64,000 nt of DNA from a candidate division WOR-3 bacterium (GTDB lineage: Bacteria; Hydrothermota; Tepidihabitantia; SM23-42; JAOAFX01), in the NCBI GenBank assembly GCA_037444665.1, contig JBBILZ010000003.1, forward strand, positions 18,073 to 82,072, read 5' to 3'. Below, in pieces: positions 27,110 to 36,964 of the stretch. The notes below the pieces were generated by a model. It saw nothing but the letters and a program-made list of their open reading frames with translations. It ran no database searches and was not told the DNA's origin. Position 1 is the stretch's first letter; each line of letters starts with the position of its first letter. The position numbers and the translations under genes are program-made.

Positions 27110-27890
27110 AACTTATCGCCTTTGTTGGACATTTTTTTACACAATCAAGGCATCTAATACAATCAATGTTATGTGGTGAATTTTGGATTGGCACATGCAT
27201 GGGGCAGACTGCCTGGCAGGAATCACAAGAAATACACTTTTCTTTATCTATTTTCATCTGAAACATACTGAATCTATTAAAGATTGAGTAGATTGCACCA
27301 ACCGGACAGAATGCACGGCAGAAGAATCGCTTAATAAAAATAGAAAAATTAATTATAATAATGAGTATTGCCATCTTTATCCAGAAGAGCCAGCCGACAA
27401 GTGCCTTTATATCACCGGTCTTATCTGCCAGCACAAGGGGAATTCCTGCCTCTATAAAACCTGCAGGACAGAGTTTACAGAACCAGGGCTCGCCTGATAT
27501 CCATGCGATGATACCTGCAATAACAATAAGCACTCCATATTTTATATAAGAGAAGAATTTTGGCATGCGCATCTTAAAGGTCTTTAATTTATAAATCAAA
27601 TCCTGGAACAGTCCGAATGGGCAGAGCCAGCCGCATGCCATCCTTCCTACTACAGTTCCAATGGCACCAAAGAATCCAGCAATATAAAATGGAATGAGAT
27701 GGAGATTAAAAAAATGTTGCAATGCGCCAATAGGACAGGAAAAGAGAGAGAGTGGACATCCCCAGCAATTGAGAATCGGAACACATCCTTGTTTTAAAGG
27801 ACCCTGATAAATTCCGCCCTGCCAGATTGCAGGATAATTTCCTAAGGTGATTGCTGAGGCAATGAACTGGACAATGCGTTTTAACTTCAT
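27096..27890 (-). CDS. NapH/MauN-like membrane polyferredoxin (4Fe-4S binding)
   Basis: Membrane CxxC-P motifs (GCPLSLFSCPIG, WLCPFG, CKLCPAG, FCRAFCPVG) plus C-terminal CISCDSCQAVCP and CIRCLDCVKKCP. The track starts at GTG 27917. ATG 27890 forms an ATGA overlap with the upstream small ORF and is the start preferred here. Confidence 0.7.
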   Translation of the reverse strand: MKLKRIVQFIASAITLGNYPAIWQGGIYQGPLKQGCVPILNCWGCPLSLFSCPIGALQHFFNLHLIPFYIAGFFGAIGTVVGRMACGWLCPFGLFQDLIYKLKTFKMRMPKFFSYIKYGVLIVIAGIIAWISGEPWFCKLCPAGFIEAGIPLVLADKTGDIKALVGWLFWIKMAILIIIINFSIFIKRFFCRAFCPVGAIYSIFNRFSMFQMKIDKEKCISCDSCQAVCPMHVPIQNSPHNIDCIRCLDCVKKCPTKAISYGTR

Positions 27891-28027
27891 TGTTGTAATC
27901 CCATGCAGGAAAGGCACATTACCGAACCTACAGTCTCGGTCTCAGTAAAATCACCTACCTTTCCCCCATAAATAATGCCGGCAATAAAAATGACCAGAAG
28001 AATCACAACCAAAATCATCCGCTTCAT
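27887..28027 (-). CDS. Small (46 aa) membrane protein with a C-terminal CxxC; not in the ORF track
   Basis: GGAGGT RBS, then ATG 28027..28025. Translation is MKRMILVVILLVIFIAGIIYGGKVGDFTETETVGSVMCLSCMGLQQ*. The stop overlaps the ATG of the polyferredoxin gene (ATGA). Confidence 0.5.
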   Translation of the reverse strand: MKRMILVVILLVIFIAGIIYGGKVGDFTETETVGSVMCLSCMGLQQ

Positions 28028-28117
28028 CTTACCTCCATTGAGAAAATAGGAATTCTTTCAACAAACTATGCCTTATAACAATACAGACCGCCATGCCCTA
28101 TGACCATAAACGATTCT

Positions 28118-29698
28118 TTAAAATATACTCGTCAGCACTGCCTTTACCCCACGAAAAGGCTCTTCAAATCTGCATACACCACCCGAGCATACAAGACCAC
28201 CCTTTTCACCACCAATCCTTAATCTCAGATTGTGCCTGGTTGTCAGGTCAAGGCTCAATTCTAACATGGGCCAGAATGTCTCTTCACCAAGTTTTGGGAT
28301 CAACCATTCAGGCACCCTATCCCTTTTTTCACCGCGTAGGGTTATCACAAATCTCTCTGGTTTACCAACAGATACGCTCAATGCACGGTCATTATATTTA
28401 CTTGTATCACTGGTGACTATGGTCTGTTCAATGCCTGCCTCTACAAAAAAGATTCCAAAGTCATATTGTAGTTCAAGATATGGCTTTGTTTCGGTCTTTT
28501 TCTGAACCGGCAATTCAATTCCCTGTTTAATAATATGGTCAACACCAAAGGTTATCTCTGATACTTCTGTAGGATGGGTTATTGCCTTTATCCCCTGTTC
28601 TAATACACCATCCATATTCTCCATCAGATAAAAGAGCTCTTTAAATTTATTCAGCTCAGGGTCATGTGTGGAGACCTTGTTGTTATCAATTTCCAGGGAA
28701 ATAAAATCCAATGGTGAGGCAACTACTGAAATGCCATAACCAATCTCATCAATCCCGCGATTTACTGAAATACCGGATTTAATTGGTGTAGGTGGTTCAT
28801 TATAACGATAACCAGCACCACCAAATCCCATATCTTTGTAATCAACATACTGGACAGAAACACCATAACCACTCAGACTCAAACTTGAAGTATAAAGATA
28901 ACCGTCGCCCCTTAACCTTCCTCCCACCACAGGTATTGTTCCCCAGTGCCTGCCATATTCAAAATAATTTTCCCATGGTCCAATCTTCAGATTCATACTG
29001 CCACCGAAGAGTTCGGTAAATGCCTTTGGTGTCAAATCAGTAATTTTGTTTATACGCACATACCGTGCACCAATATTTGTATTCAATCCAAAGTCATTTT
29101 TAAAATTCAAAAGTTTTGTCTCAAGATTAGCACCGCGGAGCTGGTCTGTAGTATCATTCTTAATCGTGTATTTCAACTCTTCAAAGAAGATATTGCGAGG
29201 TCTGCCAGTGACTAAACTAATCTGGCTTTTAAAGAGGTTTATATCTGCCTTAAGTCCGTATAATGAATTATCATTATTGAAGTCTTCATCAAGGAATTGA
29301 TTGAGGCACAGACCACGTCCAAATGTAGCATAGTATCTACCATAAAGAATACTTATTGGGTCTTTTTTATACTGGGCAGAATAGTCAATATAATACAATT
29401 TGTTGAGGGTCCGCAATGATGGGTCCCAGAAAAAGAATACGCCACGCAGGGTAATATCTTTATAATCAAGCGAAAGTTTTAATTTTTCTGTAATATGGTC
29501 TTTAAAATTTGTTGTATCCAGGCGGGAATCAACAAATAGCCAGTATTCAGCGCGGTTTGAACCGGTGATACGTAGTTCCTGGCCATTTATAAAAATAGGC
29601 AGAAAAAAGAGCAGAAGAATAAATCCAGAGTATCTGTTAGAAACTGAATTTTTTTTGGGGCTTGGAGTTTGGAAATTGGAATTTATTCTCTTATTCAT
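28118..29698 (-). CDS. Putative outer-membrane beta-barrel protein
   Basis: The start is moved to ATG 29698 (MNKRINSNF...), 2 nt after the upstream stop. Signal peptide ...GFILLLFFLPIFINGQ, alternating amphipathic strands throughout, and a C-terminal ...AVLTSIF (terminal Phe). Confidence 0.5.
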   Translation of the reverse strand: MNKRINSNFQTPSPKKNSVSNRYSGFILLLFFLPIFINGQELRITGSNRAEYWLFVDSRLDTTNFKDHITEKLKLSLDYKDITLRGVFFFWDPSLRTLNKLYYIDYSAQYKKDPISILYGRYYATFGRGLCLNQFLDEDFNNDNSLYGLKADINLFKSQISLVTGRPRNIFFEELKYTIKNDTTDQLRGANLETKLLNFKNDFGLNTNIGARYVRINKITDLTPKAFTELFGGSMNLKIGPWENYFEYGRHWGTIPVVGGRLRGDGYLYTSSLSLSGYGVSVQYVDYKDMGFGGAGYRYNEPPTPIKSGISVNRGIDEIGYGISVVASPLDFISLEIDNNKVSTHDPELNKFKELFYLMENMDGVLEQGIKAITHPTEVSEITFGVDHIIKQGIELPVQKKTETKPYLELQYDFGIFFVEAGIEQTIVTSDTSKYNDRALSVSVGKPERFVITLRGEKRDRVPEWLIPKLGEETFWPMLELSLDLTTRHNLRLRIGGEKGGLVCSGGVCRFEEPFRGVKAVLTSIF

Positions 29699-30260
29699 GG
29701 CACTTTTCCTTACAATCTCCTTTACAATCTTTACAGGTAACACATCTAACCTTTTTAACAATTATCTCTTCATCGCCAGGCTTATATCCCTGATGCACAA
29801 AGACAATTTTCTTACTCTGGTTAATAATGTAGCTCGTGGGCATTGCCTGAACATTATATAGTTCACGCAAAATATTGTCCGGGTCAAGAACAATAACATA
29901 TTTCCATTTGTGGCTCAATGCAAATGGTTTTACTTTTGGCACTGCCCTTGCCTTGTCCTGACTGATTGCCAGCATCTGCAGTCCAAGTGAGTCAAATTCA
30001 TCGTAGTACGCTTTCAAGGCATCAAGTTCTTTAATACACATCTTGCACCACAATGCCCAGAAACTCATAAAGACTGGTCCTTTTTTCAATAAAGAATCAA
30101 GACAGACAGTATTTCCATCAACATCCTGGAGTATAAAATCAGGGGCTGTAGGCAATTCTTTTTCCTGGGCATAACTTAAATTAAACAGAAAAAGGGCCGA
30201 TATAATACTAATCCATATTACTTTCGTATTTCGTATTTCGTATTTCGTATTTCGTTTCAT
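29691..30260 (-). CDS. TlpA/ResA-like periplasmic thiol:disulfide oxidoreductase with a Cys-rich tail
   Basis: Signal peptide, then the thioredoxin-fold motif VFMSFWALWCKMCIKELD. The tail is VRCVTCKDCKGDCKEKCHE. The N-terminal KRNTKYEIRNTK is encoded by (cgaaata)x4. The ATG overlaps the upstream TGA (ATGA). Confidence 0.8.
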   Translation of the reverse strand: MKRNTKYEIRNTKVIWISIISALFLFNLSYAQEKELPTAPDFILQDVDGNTVCLDSLLKKGPVFMSFWALWCKMCIKELDALKAYYDEFDSLGLQMLAISQDKARAVPKVKPFALSHKWKYVIVLDPDNILRELYNVQAMPTSYIINQSKKIVFVHQGYKPGDEEIIVKKVRCVTCKDCKGDCKEKCHE

Positions 30261-30973
30261 TTTGTATCCTCAAATTTTGTGCTTATTGTCTGCATCACCT
30301 CTTTTGTGTTTATGTTTTGAACAAGGACGGTTGCCCGTAATTTAGATGCCGGGATGCTATGGTTAAACTCAATATGTTGGATCAAACTATCGGGGTATTG
30401 TAGAACTACAGGAAATTCATTCAATGCCCGACATACACGATAGAATGTAGTATAGGAACCGGGCAAACTATCCTCGGTTACAGCAATGAATGCCTTTATT
30501 TCGCCTGGTGGTATCGTATCCGCAGCAACGATCTTTAGATTAAATCTTGCCTGCGAACCCTGGGTAAATGCACTATCAATATATAGATTGAAATAAGGTG
30601 TCTTTGTTCGCGCAAGGAGATAATGTTCTCTATAGACACTATCATAATTCGGCGGACTCTGCTCAAACACTGCATCGGTTCCATCAAAGACAATAAAAGG
30701 AACATCTAAACCCGTATTATAAAAATCCTCTCGTTCCTGTGCCTCAGGTATCGTATATTGTCCGTTTATATGATAACAAATAACCACGAGCGTATCTCCT
30801 GTTCTATTTGCCACACTATCAATAAGCGCCCGCTCCGCGAGCGCACAAAATCCTCAGCCATCCTCAGTAAACATCTCTGCCAGAACAATTCTACTTGTTG
30901 GTTCAGGAAAATTTAGTTTTGGTGCATCAGAACAGAAGATAAAAAATAAGGGAAGTATTATTAATTTTTTCAT
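30257..30973 (-). CDS. Candidate selenoprotein: thioredoxin-fold-like (Omp28-related-like) lipoprotein with UxxC, TGA codon 40 at 30856..30854
   Basis: Hand translation from ATG 30973 gives MKKLIILPLFFIFCSDAPKLNFPEPTSRIVLAEMFTEDG-TGA-GFCALAERALIDS-V(=track start 30814)ANRTGD... The frame is the same throughout. It is a paralog of 56858..57892 and 59968..60984 (shared (V/L)AEM/EEF...U..C and (I/V)TEDS blocks). Confidence 0.65.
30826..30844 (-). promoter_or_regulatory. SECIS-like hairpin 9 nt downstream of TGA 30856..30854
   Basis: On the minus strand, gcgctcgc-gga-gcgggcgc forms an 8-bp stem (one G.U pair) with a G-first loop. Confidence 0.55.
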
Positions 30974-31387
30974 AATGTCAATTATATCTAAAAGAAGGTT
31001 TAAGTCAATATTAAAAAGCACTGAGCCCTCTCCACTTTTCTGACTTATTGTATGTGTTTGTCGAAGATGAAACTGTAGTTGCCCGATTTATCGGGCATGG
31101 ATAAATTTTCTAATCTATAAAAAAGATGCCTCATAAATGAGACAACTACTAAAATATTAAATGGAGAGTAAAAGTGGAGCGGAGCAATAAATTATTGACT
31201 TCATAACGAGAAGCCAATTAAGGGCATATAAAATAAAAAAAGCTCAAGAAGGCTAAAGAGGGCTAAAAAGGGCGATGTTATAAAGGGTAGAAAGGGACGA
31301 AGAAGGGTGAAGAGGGGGAAAGAAGGGGAAGAAAGTAATAGGAGCAAAGGAGATATGTGAAGGAGATGAACCCGATAAATTTGATAC

Positions 31388-31415
31388 TTGACTTTCAAAA
31401 AAATCGGACTAAAAT
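31388..31415 (+). promoter_or_regulatory. Promoter; the mRNA is probably leaderless
   Basis: TTGACT, a 16-nt spacer, then TAAAAT. Six nt separate it from ATG 31422, with no SD. Confidence 0.5.
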
Positions 31416-31421
31416 AGAATT

Positions 31422-32669
31422 ATGATTAAAAGAAACCTGCTCAATGAGATTAGAGAACATCTTAGCAAGAAAGAGATTAGTTTTATTGTCGGTCCGAGAC
31501 AGGCGGGTAAAACCACCCTAATGCTCCAACTCAAAGAGGAACTGGTAAAAAAGGGCTTTCCAACTTTGTTTTTAAATCTTGATGTTGAGCATGATAAGGA
31601 ATTTTTTACATCTCAACTAAAATTGATTAATAAAATAGAATTGGAGATCGGCAAAAAACACGGATTTGTTTTCATTGACGAAATACAGAGAAAAGAGGAT
31701 GCCGGGCTCTTCCTTAAAGGAATCTATGATATGAATACACCATATAAGTTTATCGTCTCTGGTTCAGGCAGTGTTGAATTAAAAGAAAAGATCCATGAAT
31801 CGCTTGCAGGAAGAAAAAGGATATTTGAACTTTCTACTTTGACATTTGATGAATTTGTTAACTTCAAAACCGATTATAAATACAACGGCAATCTTGCCAA
31901 TTTTTATATAGTGGAAGATAAACGATTATCTGCTTTATTGGAAGAGTATTTAAACTTTGGGGGTTATCCACGAATTGTTCTTGAACCCGAACTCACCGAA
32001 AAGAAAAAACTCATCAATGAGATCTACCAGAGTTATATTGAGCGAGATATCTCTTACCTGCTCAAGATAAATAAGACTGAAGCATTCAGCAATCTAATAA
32101 AATTACTAAGTGCCCAGATAGGAAGATTAGTGAATTACAGTGAATTATCTTCTACCCTTGGTCTTTCAGTAAAAACAATCAAGGATTACCTCTGGTATCT
32201 TGAAAAGACCTTCATTATTAAAAAGGTAACTCCTTTTTTCAAAAATGTGCGCAAGGAAATAACAAAGTCTCCAGTCTATTACTTTTATGACTTAGGGTTA
32301 AGAAACTTTGTTCGGGGAAGTTTTGGCATTCTATCAGAAACTGGGCTCGTGTTCCAGAATTTTATTTACAATCTATTACAGGAACAAATTACCAGCAGTT
32401 CAGCAAGAATATGTTTCTGGAGAACCAAGGATAAGGCAGAGGTTGATTTTGTCATAGATGCAGTTAAGACCATTATCCCGATAGAGGTGAAATACAAAAA
32501 GATGGTGGCTCCGGAGATAACCAGAGCCATGAGGAGTTTTATAGAAAAATATAAACCCCCAAAGGCATTTATTGTAAACCTCACACTGAGTAAGATTGTG
32601 AATCTAAATAGAAATAAGATATATTTCATTCCCTTCTACAAAATTATGACCAACCCATTATTTGATTGA
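31422..32669 (+). CDS. AAA+ ATPase with C-terminal DUF4143 (COG1373 family)
   Basis: Walker A IVGPRQAGKTTL, Walker B FVFIDEIQ, and a C-terminal ...EVDFVI...IPIEVKY nuclease-like DUF4143 end. Confidence 0.8.
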   Translation: MIKRNLLNEIREHLSKKEISFIVGPRQAGKTTLMLQLKEELVKKGFPTLFLNLDVEHDKEFFTSQLKLINKIELEIGKKHGFVFIDEIQRKEDAGLFLKGIYDMNTPYKFIVSGSGSVELKEKIHESLAGRKRIFELSTLTFDEFVNFKTDYKYNGNLANFYIVEDKRLSALLEEYLNFGGYPRIVLEPELTEKKKLINEIYQSYIERDISYLLKINKTEAFSNLIKLLSAQIGRLVNYSELSSTLGLSVKTIKDYLWYLEKTFIIKKVTPFFKNVRKEITKSPVYYFYDLGLRNFVRGSFGILSETGLVFQNFIYNLLQEQITSSSARICFWRTKDKAEVDFVIDAVKTIIPIEVKYKKMVAPEITRAMRSFIEKYKPPKAFIVNLTLSKIVNLNRNKIYFIPFYKIMTNPLFD

Positions 32670-32822
32670 GTAGTGAAGTGTTATTTTGGCTATGGTTTCC
32701 CAGCGTAAAAGAAGTTCTGCTGAAAGCGACAAATTCAGGATTATAATCAACAAACAATTTTGACCCCACTTGCCAATTGACATAGACTCAGTTATAATTA
32801 TAATATTGCAGAAAGGAGATTT

Positions 32823-33884
32823 ATGAAAAAATATGCTTTTTTATTTTTATTGATAATCGGTGTCAGCACAGCGGGGCAGGACTCTTTCCGCGATGGCGTC
32901 ATTATTGGCTCTGAGAATAATTTTCAAAATGAAATCGCGGGCCGTCAATTTACTATTGTTGATTCTTTTAGTCCCGGATTCTGCGATTATTCAATGGGGC
33001 TTGCACACGACGGGCAATATCTCTGGAACAATTACGCCTGGTCACCAAGGGTTGCGCGCATAAATCCCGTGACTCACGAGGTCTTAAATATCTTTTATCC
33101 TCCCTATGGCGATCGGGACATGGCTTTTGATGGCACATATCTCTGGGTATCACACTGGCAGACAAATTCTATATACAAATATGATACAAGTAATTTCGCG
33201 CTCGTTGCATCGTATGACCCGCCGTTTCCTGGCCATGCACATGGTCTGGCATGGGACGGTGCATATTTATGGGTTGGTGAAGAGAGCGGACGCATCTACA
33301 AGATGACCACGACCGGCGACACAGTTCGGTCAATACCCTTTAATGCTCCGTATTCATATGACCCTCGTGGACTCGGTTTTTCCAGTGATGGACATTTATG
33401 GGCTGGACACCAGGGCTATGGCAGAATTTACGAGATTGATACGATTAGCGGTGCAATCCTCAACTGGTATAATGCACCGGGGCATGTGCCTGGTGTAAAT
33501 TTTCAGCAGGGTGTTGATTTTGGTGGTGGTTATCTGTGGACCACCTCAGGTGGCACTTACAACAGAATCTACAAGATTGACATCGGACTGGCTGGTATCA
33601 AAGAGCATAATCATAAAGTCAAAACAAATATCAGTCTGAGTGTAAAACCCAATCCATGTATGGCAAGTGCTGTGGTCAGATTTACCCTTGACCAACCAAC
33701 GAGTGTAACACTGTCGGTCCTGGACATAAGCGGTCGCATGGTTACCAATCTAATAGAGAACAAAAATTTAGCACCAGGTGATTACAATTACAGACTGCAT
33801 CAGGAATTGAAAAACAGCGGAGTATATTTCATCGTTCTCAAGGCAAATAATTTTACACATAGCGTGAAATTGGTCAGATTATAG
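32823..33884 (+). CDS. Secreted beta-propeller-like protein with T9SS C-terminal sorting domain
   Basis: Signal peptide MKKYAFLFLLIIGVSTAGQ. Repeats of the type DG.YLW(V/T)....(R/S)IYK(Y/M/I)D. C-terminal ...SGVYFIVLKANNFTHSVKLVRL. Confidence 0.65.
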   Translation: MKKYAFLFLLIIGVSTAGQDSFRDGVIIGSENNFQNEIAGRQFTIVDSFSPGFCDYSMGLAHDGQYLWNNYAWSPRVARINPVTHEVLNIFYPPYGDRDMAFDGTYLWVSHWQTNSIYKYDTSNFALVASYDPPFPGHAHGLAWDGAYLWVGEESGRIYKMTTTGDTVRSIPFNAPYSYDPRGLGFSSDGHLWAGHQGYGRIYEIDTISGAILNWYNAPGHVPGVNFQQGVDFGGGYLWTTSGGTYNRIYKIDIGLAGIKEHNHKVKTNISLSVKPNPCMASAVVRFTLDQPTSVTLSVLDISGRMVTNLIENKNLAPGDYNYRLHQELKNSGVYFIVLKANNFTHSVKLVRL

Positions 33885-33916
33885 GATAAACGAATGAATT
33901 GATTTAAAGGATTTAA

Positions 33917-34562
33917 TTATTCATACCAATAGTCTCTTCGCTCCGGTATTCTTAATAATCTTGATATCATATCTTTGAAATCTTCGGCAAGTGAATATAA
34001 GGGTGTTGAAAGGTATACTGAAACTGCCCATAGAATTTTTTTGTCTTTATTCATTCCGATTAGTAAAGTAACAACATCACCCAAATCATATCCGCCAACA
34101 ATATAAACATCTTTATAGTTCAGACGAACGTAATCGTAGTATGCGGTTTCAATAAAAGGAATCGTTGCGCCTATAGATAATCGTTTCCACCAGAACATCA
34201 TTGGCATTCGGTATTTTGGGATTAAAAAGATTTATTTTAAATGTTGCTGCGCCTACCCAGCTGATGGTGTCTGCATCTAAATTATAATTTAGACCACCAG
34301 TTATATGCATCTCAAAGTGAATTCTGTTATTGGCTTTATCTTCTATCTCGTGCACAAAATAGAGCACATTCTGAAAAAGATTATAGTTATTTATTTTATC
34401 AATGACAGTTAATGAGTTAGAATCGTTGATATCGTAAAAAGCTGTCGGAGCAGGTGGATAAAATCTCAATCCCTGGTAAGTTTGACTTAACATAATTACT
34501 GGTATTAAATAAAAGTAGATGCTAGACCACTTTTTAAGCCGACACAGACCAATAAAATTCAT
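33917..34562 (-). pseudogene. Possible frameshifted hypothetical gene (two overlapping ORFs)
   Basis: ORFs 34149..34562 and 33917..34207 overlap by 59 nt in different frames with no intergenic signals. I recognise no family. They could equally be two small genes. Confidence 0.25.
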
Positions 34563-34669
34563 ATAGCCTCATATAATGATTATAATATAATAACTTTCCA
34601 AAAAGTCAAGACCCCAAACCACTGAACATTTTCTAAAAAAGTTTGATATATATCTTTCCTCCCAACCTA

Positions 34670-34698
34670 TTGACACAATGAATTTTTTTTAATATAAT
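34670..34698 (+). promoter_or_regulatory. Promoter; the mRNA is probably leaderless
   Basis: TTGACA, a 17-nt spacer, then TATAAT. Six nt (taatta) separate it from ATG 34705, with no SD. Confidence 0.55.
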
Positions 34699-34704
34699 TA
34701 ATTA

Positions 34705-36204
34705 ATGAATAACCATATATTCAGTTTACTCCTATTTTCTCGACTGCTCTTTTGTACCACATATTATGTCTCTATCTCAGGTAATGATTACTGGCCTGGA
34801 ACAAACCCGGACTCATCCTGGCGCCATATCAACCATGCCTGCTCCACGGCTGTTGCGGGAGATACGGTCTGCGTATTACCCGGTGATTATAATGAACGCG
34901 CCATCCTGAGACACTCTGGCAATGCAAATCAGAAGATTGTTTTTAAATCACAACCCCGCAGAACCGCAACAATCTGGGGGTTTGATACAAATTCTCCGAA
35001 TAACGGCAGTTATGTGCGGATTGAAGGTTTTAATATTGAATGGGATACTTCATTAACAGGCTGGCGTGATTATGGAATATTTATCAGTAGCAATAATGTA
35101 GAAATTGTTGATAACTATATTGAAAATTTCCGACGCACAGCAATACAAGGAAACTGGTCTCAACCCTGGACCAGGAATAATTATATTGCAAATAATAGAA
35201 TCTTCCATTCTCAGATGGGCATTGGTGTAGTGGGCACAAACTGGCTCATTGAAAATAACGAAGTTGAAAAACTTTATTATTATCGTCCTGGTGATTGTGA
35301 TTATACAAGATTCTTTGGTGATACAATTGTGTTTCGCAATAATTACTTCCATGGGACTGATTTTGATTCCATTGGCTCAGCCCACGTTGATTGTTTCCAA
35401 ACATTTGATAATAATGGCGAACATGCCTGTTATGTAACGATTGATGGAAACTGGTGCTTTGATTATCACCAGGGTTTTATGGGAGAGGCAAATTATTATC
35501 ATAATTCTCACGATATTGTTTTCAAAAACAATATTTTTGCCCGTGGTGGTGCATGGGGGCTATGTGTGAAGAATATTGCTAATGTTTCGGCATTGAATAA
35601 TACCTTTGCCTATATTACCTGGCATGGCATTGGTTTTTCTGGACAGTACGCACAGGGTGGTGTTGTGCGTAATAATATCTTTTTTAATACAAACACAAGT
35701 TATTGGTGGGATGATACTGCCCAGGCAAGTGGTGACTACAATTTAATATATGGAGCAAGCCCACCTACGATAGTGGGACCACATGACATCTTGAATCAAA
35801 ATCCTAATTTTGTGGACCCCGGCAATAATGACTTCAGGCTCCAACCCAATTCAATCGCAATTGATAATGGTGACTCGCTATTGAATGTTCTGTATGACAT
35901 CATTGGTGTAAGCAGACCCCAGGGACAAAGATGGGACATCGGCGCCTATGAATATTTTTCGGGTGGAATAGAAAAAAATTATTCTGCGGAAGGAAGTATC
36001 AAGAAAATTTTTGTCATCACACCAAATCCTTTTGTCCATTATACACAAATTATCGGCATAAAAAGTGAAATAATTTTTGTATATGACATAACCGGCAGAT
36101 TGGTCAATACATACCCTGCACAGCAAATAGGACAGGACCTTAAACCAGGTGTTTATTTTATTAATGTCGCAAACAATTTCTACAAAACTATAAAAATAGA
36201 ATAA
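34705..36204 (+). CDS. Secreted right-handed parallel beta-helix repeat protein with T9SS C-terminal sorting domain
   Basis: Beta-helix repeat turns (NNYI.NN.IF, NNIF..GG, NNTF...) and the end-of-domain motif NNDFRLQPNSIAIDNG...RWDIGAYEY. C-terminal ...PGVYFINVANNFYKTIKIE. Confidence 0.75.
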   Translation: MNNHIFSLLLFSRLLFCTTYYVSISGNDYWPGTNPDSSWRHINHACSTAVAGDTVCVLPGDYNERAILRHSGNANQKIVFKSQPRRTATIWGFDTNSPNNGSYVRIEGFNIEWDTSLTGWRDYGIFISSNNVEIVDNYIENFRRTAIQGNWSQPWTRNNYIANNRIFHSQMGIGVVGTNWLIENNEVEKLYYYRPGDCDYTRFFGDTIVFRNNYFHGTDFDSIGSAHVDCFQTFDNNGEHACYVTIDGNWCFDYHQGFMGEANYYHNSHDIVFKNNIFARGGAWGLCVKNIANVSALNNTFAYITWHGIGFSGQYAQGGVVRNNIFFNTNTSYWWDDTAQASGDYNLIYGASPPTIVGPHDILNQNPNFVDPGNNDFRLQPNSIAIDNGDSLLNVLYDIIGVSRPQGQRWDIGAYEYFSGGIEKNYSAEGSIKKIFVITPNPFVHYTQIIGIKSEIIFVYDITGRLVNTYPAQQIGQDLKPGVYFINVANNFYKTIKIE

Positions 36205-36262
36205 TTCTGACTCAATCTTGGATATGTTATTTCTAAAACAGATTTAAGACAAAAGTGATATC

Positions 36263-36964
36263 TTATTCTATGTTCTTACCGTATAATTCTCCGTTAAAAT
36301 AGTATTCTGACCAGTAAACTGTGCCGTTTTCAACATGAACCTGATACTGGTATTCACTCTGAGACCCCTCGTTATCAATGAATCTAATCACACCCTGCTC
36401 ACGCGTGCCCTGCACTGTCCAGGTGCCTTTTGCGTGCTGGTCTGCAGCAGCACCCCACTCCTCACCTGATTCTGCACTGCTATAAGATGAGGTGTAACGA
36501 TAACCGTATGTGCCATCTGCATAAAGCACAACCATTGTTTCGGTGTTCTTTGTGAAATTTTTCCAGGTTCCAACAAAGTGTGATGTGATATCCATGCTCT
36601 CTGTACTACCTTTATCCAGACTGGGTTTTTCTTTTCCTGATACTTTTTCTTTTGCCTTCTTGAACTGCAATGAATACCCTTCTGGGTAATTTATGGTCAA
36701 TACATCTTGTTCAAGTGAATAAGGATAATCAACCCAACCAAAAAATTCATCCTCAACACGAATAATTCCTTCTGTGATTTCACAAGATAACTGTTCACCA
36801 TTGTATATGAGTTCAGTTGCTGATTTGATAATGAGCACAATATTTCCAGTTTCATTGCTGGATGTCCATTTACCTAACAGGTCCTTTATACCAGTTGCGC
36901 TGGCGAATAAAAGGGGAAGGTAAATCAGCATAAAACTGTACGAAAGTATTTTTTTCTGCATCAA
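36263..36964 (-). CDS. Hypothetical secreted protein
   Basis: Signal peptide (MMQKKILSYSFMLIYLPLLFASA). No recognisable motif. Confidence 0.5.
   Translation of the reverse strand: MMQKKILSYSFMLIYLPLLFASATGIKDLLGKWTSSNETGNIVLIIKSATELIYNGEQLSCEITEGIIRVEDEFFGWVDYPYSLEQDVLTINYPEGYSLQFKKAKEKVSGKEKPSLDKGSTESMDITSHFVGTWKNFTKNTETMVVLYADGTYGYRYTSSYSSAESGEEWGAAADQHAKGTWTVQGTREQGVIRFIDNEGSQSEYQYQVHVENGTVYWSEYYFNGELYGKNIE

Noticed and set aside
30222-30258. The tandem (tttcgta)x4 and the other short periodic repeats, considered as a possible CRISPR array or minisatellite locus.
   Set aside because: The units are 7 nt with no spacers, and the tract lies inside the 5' end of the TlpA-like CDS. There is no repeat-spacer architecture or cas genes anywhere in the window.
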